In this document: piece after piece, positions 63,683 through 64,000 of the stretch
Numbering within the stretch: position 1 is the first letter of the stretch
How the letters are laid out: every line of letters begins with the position of its first letter
DNA from: Dehalococcoidales bacterium
Lineage (GTDB): Bacteria > Chloroflexota > Dehalococcoidia > Dehalococcoidales > CSSed11-197
Direction of reading: 5' to 3'
DNA length: 64,000 nt
Assembly: GCA_028717385.1 (NCBI GenBank)
Contig: JAQUNW010000001.1
Location: 13,062 to 77,061, forward strand
Notes under the pieces: generated by a model
Seen by the model: the letters and a program-made list of their open reading frames with translations, nothing else
What the model was told of the DNA's origin: nothing
The model's database searches: none
Translations under genes and position numbers: made by a program

Positions 63683-64000
63683 CTATGGCTCGATCACCGC
63701 GAAAATTGCCAGGTGATCTGAAGCGGTGCTTGGATAAATGGTTATATGGTCAGCTTCCATGCCCGGACTCATCCAGATATAGTCAATACGCTGATAGGGT
63801 GCATCAGAACGGAATGTATATGCCGGAGGAGGTTCAACAAGGGAGACAACGTCAATAAAACCGGCACTTGTAAACATTTGTATTTCCTCAGCTCCCGGAA
63901 CTGCATTGAAGTCTCCCATAATAATAGTGTTTTCAGCCAGGCCGATATATTCAAGAAGCCTGCTTGCCTGAGATTGCCTCACAAGGGTATCTTCTTCAAC
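63683..64000 (-). CDS. Endonuclease/exonuclease/phosphatase (EEP) family protein, C-terminal part (runs off the window)
   Basis: IMGDFNA...RIDYIWMS...SDHLAIFAVI are the C-terminal EEP motifs. The frame stays open to the window end. Confidence 0.75.
   Translation of the reverse strand, partial: VEEDTLVRQSQASRLLEYIGLAENTIIMGDFNAVPGAEEIQMFTSAGFIDVVSLVEPPPAYTFRSDAPYQRIDYIWMSPGMEADHITIYPSTASDHLAIFAVIEP

Noticed and set aside
1-64000. CRISPR arrays, rRNA genes, additional tRNAs, prophage structural modules
   Set aside because: Reading the intergenic regions showed no regularly spaced direct repeats and no rRNA-like or further cloverleaf-forming segments. The only partial tRNA is repeat copy 2. 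No capsid, terminase or tail-like ORFs were seen.

Overview
This is a 64-kb bacterial chromosomal window. It is most consistent with an organohalide-respiring Dehalococcoidia-type (Chloroflexota) genome, judging from the rdhA/rdhB pair, the many TAT- or lipobox-exported enzymes and the overall gene content; the taxon is inference only. Positions 1-16.2 kb are conserved core, mostly on the minus strand: nusB (partial), rpmF, a yceD-like gene, argS, recG, two degV-family genes, a DAK2/YloV-like gene, rpmB (+), and an arginine operon argJ-argB-argD-(unknown)-argG-argH downstream of a small wHTH regulator. A tRNA-Lys(UUU) at 17.16 kb opens an accessory zone that runs to about 62.5 kb. (1) A 4.4-kb integrative island is bounded by a perfect 43-bp direct repeat of the tRNA 3' part. 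It carries a tyrosine integrase, a LuxR-HTH/zinc-ribbon regulator and a 710-aa PHP + AlbA_2 (Schlafen-like) + TaqI_C-like fusion protein. (2) Directly behind it lies a decayed second island with an integrase pseudogene and an AT-rich NERD / HNH / membrane multi-zinc-ribbon cassette. (3) Next come two ABC-2 transporter loci, a YbjQ gene and several gene fragments. (4) A giant TPM/YgcG-like coiled-coil protein sits next to a PspA/IM30 homologue. (5) A redoxin/peroxiredoxin-like gene has an in-frame TGA exactly at the first Cys of its CxxC motif, which makes it a selenoprotein candidate. (6) A PaoABC-like molybdenum hydroxylase operon has a TAT/lipobox small subunit with two C2H2-like repeats inserted. 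(7) An IS256-like remnant is present. (8) A tightly coupled operon reads rdhA-rdhB-radical SAM-class II RNR-like, facing a divergent pair of lipoproteins that together resemble a split transcobalamin (alpha-toroid + DUF4430). The window ends in core-like genes (M29 aminopeptidase, EEP-family hydrolase, partial). I saw no CRISPR array and no rRNA. The candidates I rate most likely to be undescribed systems are the island-borne PHP-AlbA_2-TRD protein with its regulator, the NERD/HNH/zinc-ribbon cassette, and the rdhAB-rSAM-NrdJ-like operon with its adjacent B12-binding-fold lipoproteins. All domain calls come from reading the translations by eye against remembered family motifs. No database search was run.
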